The notes beneath the pieces are model-generated. The model was not told where the DNA came from. It saw only the letters and a program-made list of their open reading frames with translations, and did not search any database. The position numbers were made by a program, and so were the translations under genes. A DNA stretch of 32,724 bases from Acutalibacteraceae bacterium (GTDB taxonomy: Bacteria; Bacillota; Clostridia; Oscillospirales; Acutalibacteraceae), in the NCBI GenBank assembly GCA_045537155.1, contig JAZSOY010000222.1, positions 1 through 32,724 on the forward strand, given 5' to 3'. Within the stretch, counting starts at the first letter, position 1. Each line of letters starts with the position of its first letter. Positions 8,268-16,998 of the stretch are shown one piece after another.

Positions 8268-9281
8268 ATGAGTTATACACCGAACAAAGCCAGATATGAC
8301 ACGATGCCCTATCCCTATTGCGGCAACAGCGGATTGCGGTTGCCGGCCATTTCGTTGGGACTGTGGCACAATTTCAGTGAGGTCGACCGCTATGACACGA
8401 TGGTGGAAATGCTCACGACCGCCTTTGACAACGGGATTACGCATTTTGATTTGGCCAACAACTATGGGCGCCCCATTGCCGGTTCGGCAGAACGCAATTT
8501 CGGACGGATTTTGCGCGAGGAGTTGTCGGCGTACCGCGATGAGATGGTGATATCCACCAAAGCCGGCTATTATATGTGGCCCGGCCCGTATGGGGATTTT
8601 GGAAGCCGCAAATATCTCGTTTCCAGTCTGGATGCCAGTTTGAAACGGATGGGTTTGGAGTATGTCGACATTTTTTACCATCATCGGATGGACCCGAACA
8701 CGCCGTTAGAAGAAACTATGGGTGCGTTGCGTGATATTGTGAAGAGTGGTAAAGCCTTATATGTGGGTATTTCCAATTACGACGCGCCGACTGCCGCGCG
8801 TGCGCAAGAGTTGTTGGAATCCATGGGCGTGCACTGTTTGATTCATCAACTGCGATATTCCTTGTTGGACCGCCACGTGCAAACCGAAGGGATTTTGGAT
8901 GCTACCCACCGTGCCGGTATGGGGAGTATTGCGTTTTCGCCGCTGGCGCAAGGCATGTTATCGGACAAATATCTGCACGGGATTCCTGCGGATTCTCGCG
9001 CGGCAAAACCACACACGTTTTTAACGCCCGAGCGGTTGGAGCCGGCGGTGTTGAACACCGTGACCAAACTCAACCAACTGGCACAGCAACGCGGACAAAC
9101 GTTGGCGCAAATGGCGATTGCGTGGTTGCTGGGCGTCGGTCAGGTGACGAGTGTATTGGTCGGCGCGAGTACGGCGGAACAAATCCGCGAGAATATTGCG
9201 GCGACCGGCAATACGGCTTTTTCCGAGCAAGAAATACAGGCGATTGAGGCGGTTTTGGCCGAATATTCCGAAAAGAGGTGA
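8268..9281 (+). CDS. Aldo/keto reductase (YghZ/Gpr-like)
   Basis: The 337-aa product shows AKR signatures: LGLWHNF...GITHFDLANNYG...ISTKAGY...VDIFYHHR.D. SD AGGAGG (8255-8260) precedes ATG 8268. The ORF track ORF starts earlier, at 8238. Confidence 0.9.
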   Translation: MSYTPNKARYDTMPYPYCGNSGLRLPAISLGLWHNFSEVDRYDTMVEMLTTAFDNGITHFDLANNYGRPIAGSAERNFGRILREELSAYRDEMVISTKAGYYMWPGPYGDFGSRKYLVSSLDASLKRMGLEYVDIFYHHRMDPNTPLEETMGALRDIVKSGKALYVGISNYDAPTAARAQELLESMGVHCLIHQLRYSLLDRHVQTEGILDATHRAGMGSIAFSPLAQGMLSDKYLHGIPADSRAAKPHTFLTPERLEPAVLNTVTKLNQLAQQRGQTLAQMAIAWLLGVGQVTSVLVGASTAEQIRENIAATGNTAFSEQEIQAIEAVLAEYSEKR

Positions 9282-9469
9282 TGGCGGTGAAGTGTCCGCA
9301 ATGCCAGAGCGAAAATTGTATGGAGGGCTTTCTTACCAGCTATTACGGAGTCAGATTTTGCGAGAAAGGGACCGAAAACAAACTGCGCCCTAACGCATAT
9401 AAGTGTTTTTGCACGGCGTGCAAAGATTGCGGTGCGGTGTTTGATTTCAAAATTCAACTCAAAAAATAA
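9281..9469 (+). CDS. Small zinc-ribbon protein (two CxxC pairs), unknown function
   Basis: The ~60-aa product has C..C at the N-terminus (KCPQCQ) and C..C near the C-terminus (CTACKDCG). Candidate starts are GTG 9278, ATG 9281 and GTG 9287. The first two overlap the stop codon (9279-9281) of the reductase gene. No family is recognised beyond the zinc-ribbon pattern. Confidence 0.45.
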   Translation: MAVKCPQCQSENCMEGFLTSYYGVRFCEKGTENKLRPNAYKCFCTACKDCGAVFDFKIQLKK

Positions 9470-9471
9470 AG

Positions 9472-9504
9472 AAACTGCCTGTGGCTAAAGCCACAGGCAG
9501 TTTT
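9472..9504. terminator. Bidirectional intrinsic terminator
   Basis: A 14-bp stem (AAACTGCCTGTGGC 9472-9485 with GCCACAGGCAGTTT 9490-9503) has a TAAA loop. It lies between convergent genes. Confidence 0.75.
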
Positions 9505-9516
9505 GGGTATCTCCGC

Positions 9517-10917
9517 TTATTCTCCGTAAAGCGAAACGTAGTGTTCCCAATTATATGCCGTAGCCGTGCAAACCGGTACCGGCCATTGGCTGTTTTCGTG
9601 GTTGTGACCGAGCTGTTTCATTTGCGCATCGGTCAAATTGAAATAGGTGTGATAACGCATACTTGGTAGACCGCCGATGGGGTCGTCAAACGTGACGTCG
9701 CACTGATACCATTCGCCGTCTAACTGCACGGCGTTCCATTTGTGGTCGCCGCCATTGGCTTTTCCGGTGATGCCGGTGCACGGAATGCCGACTGCCAAAC
9801 ACAGCGTTTGAAAGGCTTCGGCATACGCTTCGCATACACCGGTTTTGTTGACCAGTCCGCCGTAGGCGGTCCAGTTCATATCGTTGAGGCCGTTCGTCGG
9901 TGGACTCAAATTGTAAGAACAGGTGCTTGTCAAATAGTTATAGAGTAATCGTTCTTTCACTACCGCCGGTGCTGAGGCGGGAATGGTGCTTGTGATACGC
10001 CGTACTTCCGCTTGAAACGCGGCGCGTTTGGTTTCGATACTTTGACGCAAAGCCGATTCCAATGGTACGCCGGTTTCGGTCGTGGAAAACGTCGTGACAC
10101 CGTCGGTATAGGAGAAGAACAATCCATCGGTTTCTCCGTACATATATGCCCTGATGGTGTTGCACAAGAAAAATTGTTCCGGGTTGTCAAACAAATATAA
10201 GAAGAAAATGTGATGGCGATTATCTCTGCCGAGGTCGGCGTTGAGTTCTACCGAGGTTTGCAGATTGGTGACCGCTTCGTGGATTTTCCGATAATACCCT
10301 TTGAATTCGTCATCCAACAACGAATACAAGTAGCGTTCAGAATCCGGTAACGGCGTGTGCTGTTGCCCGGTGACATAGGTATACATCGCTTTCTTTTGTG
10401 TTGTGGTTGTCGTGTTTCCCTGCGGTTTTGTTGCTTTGGTTGTGGTAACTGTCGGCACCGGTGCCGGACGCACAGTCGTGGTCGACGGTGTCGTTACTAC
10501 GGTGCTGGGTTTGCCGCCGGAGGACAAGGTGCTCTTATTGTCGGAACGGGTTTCTTTCGAAGAGGTTGTCTTTACTGTCGTTGTTAAACCGACTTGGGAT
10601 GTGACATGACCGGCCGTCGTGGTTGTGCTTTGGCTTGAGCCGGAGAATTCTTTGGCGGTGGTTGTGGTAGCCGTAGTCGTTGTGCCGCGATGGGTATCGT
10701 CACCGGCTGTTTGCGTTGTGGTGGAGTCCACCTCGGTGGACAGTGTCGTGGTGAGGTGCGAGCCGTCGCCGCTGACGGTGGTACTGACCAATTTATCCAC
10801 ACTGTCCAACAACTGTTGTGTTGTCGTCGGTGTCGTTCCGGTATGGGCCGGGGCACCACAGGCGGTGACCGACAAGGTAAAGGCTATCACTAAAAGACAA
10901 GCGAACATCCGTTTCAT
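9517..10917 (-). CDS. Transglutaminase-like (Cys-His-Asp) lipoprotein with a long Thr/Ser-rich linker
   Basis: The signal peptide has a lipobox (MKRMFACLLVIAFTLSVTAC). About 165 aa of Thr/Ser-rich low complexity follow. The C-terminal core has GVCEAYAEAF (Cys), GGDHKWNAV (His) and YQCDVTFDD (Asp), as in transglutaminase-like cysteine peptidase folds. Confidence 0.8.
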   Translation of the reverse strand: MKRMFACLLVIAFTLSVTACGAPAHTGTTPTTTQQLLDSVDKLVSTTVSGDGSHLTTTLSTEVDSTTTQTAGDDTHRGTTTTATTTTAKEFSGSSQSTTTTAGHVTSQVGLTTTVKTTSSKETRSDNKSTLSSGGKPSTVVTTPSTTTVRPAPVPTVTTTKATKPQGNTTTTTQKKAMYTYVTGQQHTPLPDSERYLYSLLDDEFKGYYRKIHEAVTNLQTSVELNADLGRDNRHHIFFLYLFDNPEQFFLCNTIRAYMYGETDGLFFSYTDGVTTFSTTETGVPLESALRQSIETKRAAFQAEVRRITSTIPASAPAVVKERLLYNYLTSTCSYNLSPPTNGLNDMNWTAYGGLVNKTGVCEAYAEAFQTLCLAVGIPCTGITGKANGGDHKWNAVQLDGEWYQCDVTFDDPIGGLPSMRYHTYFNLTDAQMKQLGHNHENSQWPVPVCTATAYNWEHYVSLYGE

Positions 10918-10955
10918 CGCGATTTACCCCCCGTAACCAATGTATCTCCTCTTTT

Positions 10956-10984
10956 AGTGTACACTTTTTTGTCGAAAATTGCAA
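10956..10984 (-). promoter_or_regulatory. Possible sigma-A promoter for the lipoprotein gene
   Basis: The minus strand reads TTGCAA (10984-10979), a 17-nt spacer, then TACACT (10961-10956), ~40 nt upstream of the ATG at 10917. Confidence 0.35.
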
Positions 10985-11056
10985 GGAGAAAGCATGGGTG
11001 CGGATGCACCTGCACCTGCACACGATATCCGGCACACCGTAACAACAAAAACACAA

Positions 11057-11090
11057 GAAAAGACGGTTTCTACAGAAACCGTCTTTTTAT
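11057..11090 (-). terminator. Intrinsic terminator after the mutS2-HAD unit (symmetric, could act both ways)
   Basis: An 11-bp stem (AAGACGGTTTC 11060-11070 with GAAACCGTCTT 11075-11085) is flanked by A/T runs on both sides, 20 nt past the HAD stop. Confidence 0.7.
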
Positions 11091-11107
11091 TTAATGCATC
11101 AATGATA

Positions 11108-11800
11108 TTACAGAGAAAAGGTGCGGCGCAAGGTGGCGAGGACACTGTCAGTTTCGGCGGCGTCGGTGTGCGTCAAGGTGCCGCGCATACGGTAGGGTTG
11201 TCCCACCGCCGCCAGTAATGCGGCATCGTTTTCGCCGTCACCGAATGCCATTGCTTGTTCCGGCGCGATGCCCAATTTGTTCATTAAAGCACGGGCCGCG
11301 GTGCCTTTGTCGGCGTTCGGCGCAACCAATTCCACCAAGCCGGGTTCGCGGTATGCCACGCGGTAGGCGGTCGGATTGTCCGGCACGGAGGTGGCAAACA
11401 GTTCCAGTTTCAGAAAATCGTCGCTGATTTCCTCCGGAGAGGCGACGGCACGTCCGTTTACGGGCGCGTTTCCCAGCCGGTATATCGTTTGACGGCCATG
11501 GACGGCGGCGTGCGAATACTGTGCCAGCAACGTCAGTGCCGTTTGGCGCGGCAATGCCGATTTATGTAACACACAGTGGCGTTCCAACGTAATTGCTCCG
11601 TCAAGGCAGATGAAAATCAACCGGTGTGCCAACGCACCGAACAAGGTTTGTAGTTGAGAATACGGTCTTCCGCTGGCAATGGCGACTGTGACGCCGCGGC
11701 TTGTCAACCGCCGCAACGCATCGCACACGTCGTCAGACAGTGCGGTTTCACCGTGCGGTAGCAGCGTACCGTCCACATCACAAAACACCAATCGTATCAT
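11108..11800 (-). CDS. HAD-IIB (Cof-type) phosphatase
   Basis: The product has motif I FCDVDGTLL, motif II IASGR and motif IV FGDGENDAALL. The ORF track starts at GTG 11806. I prefer ATG 11800, with AGGAGG 7 nt upstream. Confidence 0.88.
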   Translation of the reverse strand: MIRLVFCDVDGTLLPHGETALSDDVCDALRRLTSRGVTVAIASGRPYSQLQTLFGALAHRLIFICLDGAITLERHCVLHKSALPRQTALTLLAQYSHAAVHGRQTIYRLGNAPVNGRAVASPEEISDDFLKLELFATSVPDNPTAYRVAYREPGLVELVAPNADKGTAARALMNKLGIAPEQAMAFGDGENDAALLAAVGQPYRMRGTLTHTDAAETDSVLATLRRTFSL

Positions 11801-11811
11801 TTCCACACCTC

Positions 11812-14193
11812 CTATTTCATCGTTACGACCGTGACGCCGGTTTCTCCCTCGCCGTACAATCCCAAGCGGAACGAATCCACACCGGGGCAGGCGCGCAAGT
11901 GTGCTTGTACGGCGGCGCGTAGCGCGCCGGTCCCTTTGCCATGGATGATGGTCAAGCGCTGTAAGCCGGCCAGACGGGCATCGTCCAGAAACTTATCCAC
12001 TTCATTTAAGGCTTCCTCGATGGTTTGCCCGCGCAAATCCAGTTCGGTCCGTGCACTGCGTGCCGACCGCGACAAGTTTTCGGAGGTGCGGCGTCTGCCG
12101 GTCGATGGCGGTTGCGGTTTTTGCTTTTTCTCCAACAACCGCAACGATGTCAGAGGAACACGCGTGCGAATGATGCCGGCTTGTACCTCAACGGTATCGC
12201 CGGAGTCAGGCAGGGACAGGACCACCGCCGGTTTATCCAAATCGACCAGTAGCACATCGTCGCCTACCTGCAACGGACGCGGCAAACGGTAGTTGTTGGT
12301 TTGTCGTTCGGTGACGGGGTCAATGGTGTCTTCCAAGCGATTTAACCGATGGCGCAACTGAGAGCGTGCCGAAGCGGCTTTACGCACAAAGTCCGCCTCT
12401 TCTTTTTGGCGGCGCAAGGCATCCAATTCTTCCATTAATGCCTCGGTATCGCGCCGCGCGCGTTCAACCAGCAAACGCGCTTGTTCACGGGCGGTATCCC
12501 ATTCTTTTTCGCGGCGGCGTTCCCAGTCTGCCAACTGCTTTTCCGCAGCGGTTTTGGCGGCGGTGGCATCCGCCGCCGCTTGTTGTGCCGTTTGCAAGGC
12601 CGTTTCCAACGCCAGTTTCTTTTCTTCCAGTGTCGCCATTACCTCTTCCAAGCGGCGGTCTTCGCCCGATACCAGTGTGCGCGCATGCGTGACCACTGAC
12701 GGCGGCATTCCCAATCGTTCGGAAATGGCAAACGCATTCGACCGTCCCGGAATTCCCACCAACAAACGGTAGGTGGGACGCAGAGAGGCAACATCAAATT
12801 CACAACTTCCGTTTTCCACGCCGTCGGTTTGCAAGGCATACGCTTTCAATTCCGCATAGTGTGTGGTGGCGGCAATACGGGCGCCTTGGCGGCGCAGTTG
12901 TTCCAAAACGGCGGTCGCCAACGCCGCGCCCTCGACGGGGTCGGTGCCGGCTCCCAATTCGTCAAGCAACACCAAACAGCGTTCATCCGCTTCTTGTAAA
13001 ATGCGGATGATGTTCGTGGTGTGCGCCGAAAACGTGGATAGCGATTGTTCAATGGATTGCTCGTCGCCGATGTCCGCAAGCACCGTGCGAAACACCGTGA
13101 ACGAACTACCGTCGCTGACCGGCGGCAACAATCCGCACGCCACCATCAGCGTCAGTAAACCGAGTGTTTTCAGGGTGACGGTTTTGCCACCGGTGTTCGG
13201 TCCGGTGATGACCAACGTGTCAAAACCGACACCGAGTTCTACATCAATCGGTACCACGCGGTCGGCGGCAATCAACGGATGGCGCGCGCGCCGTAGGCAG
13301 ATGCGCCCGTCTTCGGAAACCGTCGGGCGTGTGGCTTTCATCGCATACGCCAACCGTGCTTTGGCAAAAATGAGGTCTAATTCCACGAGCACGGCGTAGT
13401 CCTGCACAATCGCGTCGGCAAACGAGCCGGCTTCGGCAGATAATTCTTGTACGATGCGTTCACATTCCGCCGCTTCGCGCGATTCCCATAACTTCAGTTC
13501 GTTATTCGCTTCTACCGCGCCCAGCGGTTCGATGAACACCGTTGCGCCGGACGCGGACGTATCGTGTACCAGTCCCGGTACGTCGCCGCGATGTTCGGCT
13601 TTGACTGGCACCACAAAACGGCCGCCACGGATGGTGACAACCGGGTCTTGTAACAGTTTTTGTGATTGGGGAGAATGAATAAGTTTATCCAGTTGTTCCC
13701 GCACGCGCGATGAGGCTGCCCGCATACGGCGGCGAATGTCGGCGAGTGCCGTGGAGGCATGGTCGCTGATTTCGTCCTCAGACACGATGGCGGTGCGGAT
13801 TTTATCTTCCAAATACCGATTGGGATTCAGCAGGGAAAAGCGTTCATCTAAGCAGGTTGTCACCCCTTCGCAATGGGCGTGCCACTCCGTCAACGAACGG
13901 ATGACGCGCAGCGTCGCGGCAATGCGTAACAATTCACCGAGTGACAAGGAAGCGCCTGCCGCCGCACGACGCAAGGCCGACGCGACATTGGTGGCACCAC
14001 CGAACGAGGGAGCGCCGAATTTTGCCATCAGTGAAAAGGCGGCATCGGTATCGTCCAAGCGTTCGCGTACTTCGGTGAGATGCGGTGACGGACGCAAAGC
14101 CCGCGCCGCATCGGCGGCATCAGCGCACACCGCTTGCGAGGCGAGCAAGTCCAATATTTTATCCAGTTCCAATGCACGGTAATGCTTGTTCAT
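11812..14193 (-). CDS. mutS2: Endonuclease MutS2 (MutS domain plus C-terminal Smr)
   Basis: The 793-aa product has a Walker A (ITGPNTGGKTV) and the MutS signature (DELGAGTDP). A coiled-coil middle is followed by the Smr motif (LDLRG...IIHGKGTGALR). Confidence 0.97.
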   Translation of the reverse strand: MNKHYRALELDKILDLLASQAVCADAADAARALRPSPHLTEVRERLDDTDAAFSLMAKFGAPSFGGATNVASALRRAAAGASLSLGELLRIAATLRVIRSLTEWHAHCEGVTTCLDERFSLLNPNRYLEDKIRTAIVSEDEISDHASTALADIRRRMRAASSRVREQLDKLIHSPQSQKLLQDPVVTIRGGRFVVPVKAEHRGDVPGLVHDTSASGATVFIEPLGAVEANNELKLWESREAAECERIVQELSAEAGSFADAIVQDYAVLVELDLIFAKARLAYAMKATRPTVSEDGRICLRRARHPLIAADRVVPIDVELGVGFDTLVITGPNTGGKTVTLKTLGLLTLMVACGLLPPVSDGSSFTVFRTVLADIGDEQSIEQSLSTFSAHTTNIIRILQEADERCLVLLDELGAGTDPVEGAALATAVLEQLRRQGARIAATTHYAELKAYALQTDGVENGSCEFDVASLRPTYRLLVGIPGRSNAFAISERLGMPPSVVTHARTLVSGEDRRLEEVMATLEEKKLALETALQTAQQAAADATAAKTAAEKQLADWERRREKEWDTAREQARLLVERARRDTEALMEELDALRRQKEEADFVRKAASARSQLRHRLNRLEDTIDPVTERQTNNYRLPRPLQVGDDVLLVDLDKPAVVLSLPDSGDTVEVQAGIIRTRVPLTSLRLLEKKQKPQPPSTGRRRTSENLSRSARSARTELDLRGQTIEEALNEVDKFLDDARLAGLQRLTIIHGKGTGALRAAVQAHLRACPGVDSFRLGLYGEGETGVTVVTMK

Positions 14194-14205
14194 ACCAAGG
14201 GCTCC

Positions 14206-14940
14206 TCAAATTAAACTGTGATAAAATTCCAACGTGTTAAAACTGCGTCCCAGTTGCGCCAGTAAAAAGCGTTCGGTGACATCGCCAAGCACCGCGGCTT
14301 CGGCGTCCGGTAACGCAAAGGAAAAGCATTTTTCAAACGGAGCGTACACGATATGGCGCATCGCCGCCAGCGCCGTGGGAGATAACGGTACGCACGCGGT
14401 GTTGCTGTGGCAGGAACGGCACAATAAGGTGCCCTGCAACGGAGAAAACCATACACCGTCGTTGGTGCCGCAACCGGCACATTCCGCGATGGACGGCATA
14501 TAGCCGGCTTGTGTGAGCAGGCGCAATTCCGTGACGGCTTTCAGCAGCGGTAACGGCCGTGCATCGGTTGCCAGATAATGCAGGGCGTTCAGTAACAACC
14601 GTAACGCCTCTTCTGCCGGTTCTTCCTGCGGTGCGAGTACGCCGGCTAATTCACAAAAATATTGTGCGAGTGCCAGTTTGTCCAACTGCTCTCGCACCTC
14701 AAAAAACACGTGTAGCGGTTGCGCATCGTCGATTATGTATTTTTCCCGTCCCTTGTATAACGACAGACGGGAATGACACAGCAACTGCGTTGCCGAACCG
14801 TTTCGGTTTTTCAGATTACGCGCGCCGCGTACCGAGGCGCGAATCAGTCCGAAATCGCGCGTCAGTGCGGTGACGAAACGGTCGGATTCACCGATATTGT
14901 TGTTTTCGCGCACTATCAGGGCGTCGGTGATAACGTTCAT
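14206..14940 (-). CDS. recO: DNA repair protein RecO
   Basis: The N-terminus is an OB-fold pattern (DALIVRENNNIGESDRFVTALTRDFGLIRASVRGAR) and a Cys-rich zinc motif follows (CAGCGT...C.SC). The ORF track starts at 14970. AGGAGG 6 nt upstream supports ATG 14940. Confidence 0.92.
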   Translation of the reverse strand: MNVITDALIVRENNNIGESDRFVTALTRDFGLIRASVRGARNLKNRNGSATQLLCHSRLSLYKGREKYIIDDAQPLHVFFEVREQLDKLALAQYFCELAGVLAPQEEPAEEALRLLLNALHYLATDARPLPLLKAVTELRLLTQAGYMPSIAECAGCGTNDGVWFSPLQGTLLCRSCHSNTACVPLSPTALAAMRHIVYAPFEKCFSFALPDAEAAVLGDVTERFLLAQLGRSFNTLEFYHSLI

Positions 14941-15073
14941 AGGGAGCCTCCTGCGTAGTGTCCTCGGCAACCGTCGCGGTGCCGGATGCGTGGATGTCGA
15001 TACCGCAATAGCGCAGATAGTCCTCTATCTTGCCGGTTTGTTCAAAGGTATTCCACCATTTTTCAGAGTCCAT
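14888..15073 (-). CDS. yqzL: YqzL-family small protein
   Basis: The N-terminus W.NTFEQTGKIEDYLRY matches the YqzL signature. The position between era and recO is the same as in Bacillus subtilis. Starts are possible at 15082 or 15073. The 3' end overlaps recO by 53 nt. Confidence 0.55.
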   Translation of the reverse strand: MDSEKWWNTFEQTGKIEDYLRYCGIDIHASGTATVAEDTTQEAPYERYHRRPDSARKQQYR

Positions 15074-15144
15074 CGTTCTCATCGCCTCCGTTCAAAGTAC
15101 ACTATTACTTTGAGCGAAAACGCGGTGATTCATACATAGGAAAA

Positions 15145-16047
15145 TTATGAGCGATAGCCAAACGAGTTCAGCAGCCCTTGCCGGTTACGCCAATCCTCTT
15201 TGACCTTTACCCAGCATTGCAAATCGACGTGAGCGCCGAACAAGGATTCCATTTCCTGACGCGCGGCACTGGCGATGGCTTTGAGCATCGCACCGCGCTT
15301 GCCGATGATGATACCCTTATGGCTGTCGCGTTCACAGTAAATTTCGGCATCAATTTCCAATAAGGTGCTACGCTCGGTTTCGCGTTCTTCCAAGCGCTCA
15401 ATCACCACCGCAACGCCGTGAGGAATTTCTTCCCGTAATTGCAACAACATCTGCTCGCGCAACAGTTCGGAGGCGAGGACACGGTCGGACTGGTCGCTGG
15501 TGGTGGTTTCCGGAAAGAAATGCGGACTGGGAATCGCATACGTTGTCAGGGTTTCGGCAAACAGGGACACGCCCTCGCCGGTCAGTGCCGACAACGGGAA
15601 AATTGCGTCAAACGGATACGCTTGTCGCCACGCGTCCATACACGCGAGCAACGAGGATTTGTCTGCGACGGTGTCAATTTTATTTAGCACCAACAATACC
15701 GGCAGTTTTTGTGAGCGAAAACGCTCCAACAACTCGCGTTCCGCATCCCGAATCACGGTGCTCGGTTCGACCACCAAAATACCGGCATCCACGCCGGATA
15801 CAGCCTCGCTGATGGATTTAACCATAAAATCACCCAACCGCGTGCGTGGGCGGTGCGAACCCGGAGTATCCAAAAATACCAACTGGGCAGTTCCTTTTGT
15901 GAGCACCCCCATAATACGGTTGCGCGTGGTTTGCGGCTTGTCCGAAACAATCGCCACTTTTTGTCCCACCAACGCATTCAATAAGGATGATTTTCCCACG
16001 TTGGGCATACCCACAATGGCGATGAACGCAGAAGTTGTATCCGACAT
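15145..16047 (-). CDS. era: GTPase Era
   Basis: The 300-aa product has G1 GMPNVGKSS, G2 TTR, G3 DTPG and G4 NKID, plus a C-terminal KH domain (GIIIGKRGAMLK). Confidence 0.97.
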   Translation of the reverse strand: MSDTTSAFIAIVGMPNVGKSSLLNALVGQKVAIVSDKPQTTRNRIMGVLTKGTAQLVFLDTPGSHRPRTRLGDFMVKSISEAVSGVDAGILVVEPSTVIRDAERELLERFRSQKLPVLLVLNKIDTVADKSSLLACMDAWRQAYPFDAIFPLSALTGEGVSLFAETLTTYAIPSPHFFPETTTSDQSDRVLASELLREQMLLQLREEIPHGVAVVIERLEERETERSTLLEIDAEIYCERDSHKGIIIGKRGAMLKAIASAARQEMESLFGAHVDLQCWVKVKEDWRNRQGLLNSFGYRS

Positions 16048-16049
16048 AG

Positions 16050-16511
16050 TTACCTCCTAAACACAAAAAACCAAGCAGGGATGAATGACAGTAACAACAC
16101 ACACGGTTGCCAAATATCACGACACCATTGTTGCATAAGCGACACCCACACGGTCGGTTGCCAAAACAAAAGCACACCAACCACGGTGACTGCCACGGTG
16201 AGCACGAGTACGGCGGCCGCGGCGTAATCTTTCGCCGCGGCGGATAACGGGTGTTGTTCTGTGGAGATGCGGTCGACGGCGCGTTCCATCGCACTGTTTA
16301 TCAGTTCCGCACATAACACGGTGCCGATACAAAGGCACAACACCATCCATTCCACGCGCGAGAAAGAAAACTCGGTGGCGAATCCCACCACATACGCGCC
16401 GAATACCAGATGAAAACGGAAATTTCGTTCTTCGCACACACATCGCCGCACACCGCGAAAAGCATCGCGAAATCCCTGCGCAAAACGGTGCGCGTTATTC
16501 GCTGAGCACAT
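16050..16511 (-). CDS. dgkA: Diacylglycerol/undecaprenol kinase (DgkA family)
   Basis: The product contains FRDAFRG......ERNFRFH....................E.INSA.E..VD....E.HPL...AKD.AA.AV, the DgkA family pattern. It overlaps the ybeY stop by 17 nt, and the era SD lies inside its last codons. Confidence 0.88.
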   Translation of the reverse strand: MCSANNAHRFAQGFRDAFRGVRRCVCEERNFRFHLVFGAYVVGFATEFSFSRVEWMVLCLCIGTVLCAELINSAMERAVDRISTEQHPLSAAAKDYAAAAVLVLTVAVTVVGVLLFWQPTVWVSLMQQWCRDIWQPCVLLLSFIPAWFFVFRR

Positions 16512-16998
16512 AACTGTTGATACGTGACAATCCGATTTGTTCCATCACGGTTTCTTCTTTTTCACGCATATGCACGGCCTCTAATCCGCCGTTGACGTGG
16601 TCATATCCCAACAGATGGAACATCGAATGTACGGTCAGATATCCCACTTCGCGGTTGAACGAATGACCGAAATCCTGTGCTTGCTTTTGGGCTTGCTCAA
16701 TAGACAACACGATGTTGCCGATGAGTTTTTCACCGGTTTCGGGATGAATGTCAAACTCGCCATTTTCGCCGAGGGGGAACGATAACACGTCGGTCGCGGC
16801 GTCAATTTGCCGTTGCTCCCGATTGATGGCGCGAATTTGCTCGTTGTCAACCAGTGTGACATCCACCTGCGCGCATCCGTCAATCTTTTCCAATTCTAAG
16901 ACGGCGTGGCAGCAACGACGAATCAGCATCCGTGTTCCCGTAGGAATTTTCACGGCTTTTTGGCGGTTTTCAATGTCTACCCGAATTTTTTTAAGCAT
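16495..16998 (-). CDS. ybeY: rRNA maturation endoribonuclease YbeY
   Basis: The product has the metal-binding motif HSMFHLLGYDH and DVLSFP. The ORF track ORF (to 17148) overlaps phoH. ATG 16998 (MLKKIRVDIEN...) overlaps the phoH stop by 8 nt and gives the usual ~167 aa. Confidence 0.93.
   Translation of the reverse strand: MLKKIRVDIENRQKAVKIPTGTRMLIRRCCHAVLELEKIDGCAQVDVTLVDNEQIRAINREQRQIDAATDVLSFPLGENGEFDIHPETGEKLIGNIVLSIEQAQKQAQDFGHSFNREVGYLTVHSMFHLLGYDHVNGGLEAVHMREKEETVMEQIGLSRINSYVLSE

Noticed and set aside
10357-10936. Several plus- and minus-strand ORFs of 60-105 aa in the 10357-10936 region.
   Set aside because: All overlap the Thr/Ser-rich repetitive part of the lipoprotein gene. Low-complexity DNA keeps several frames open, and none has start-site support.
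10979-11218. A 79-aa plus-strand ORF with an AAGGAG-like SD before an internal ATG (10994).
   Set aside because: It reads through a strong terminator hairpin (11057-11090) and then antisense into the HAD gene. No family resemblance is visible, and the SD-like sequence lies inside the lipoprotein promoter region.
15500-16294. A plus-strand 186-aa ORF and a minus-strand 154-aa alternative-frame ORF.
   Set aside because: They overlap era and dgkA, which are confidently identified by GTPase and DgkA motifs.
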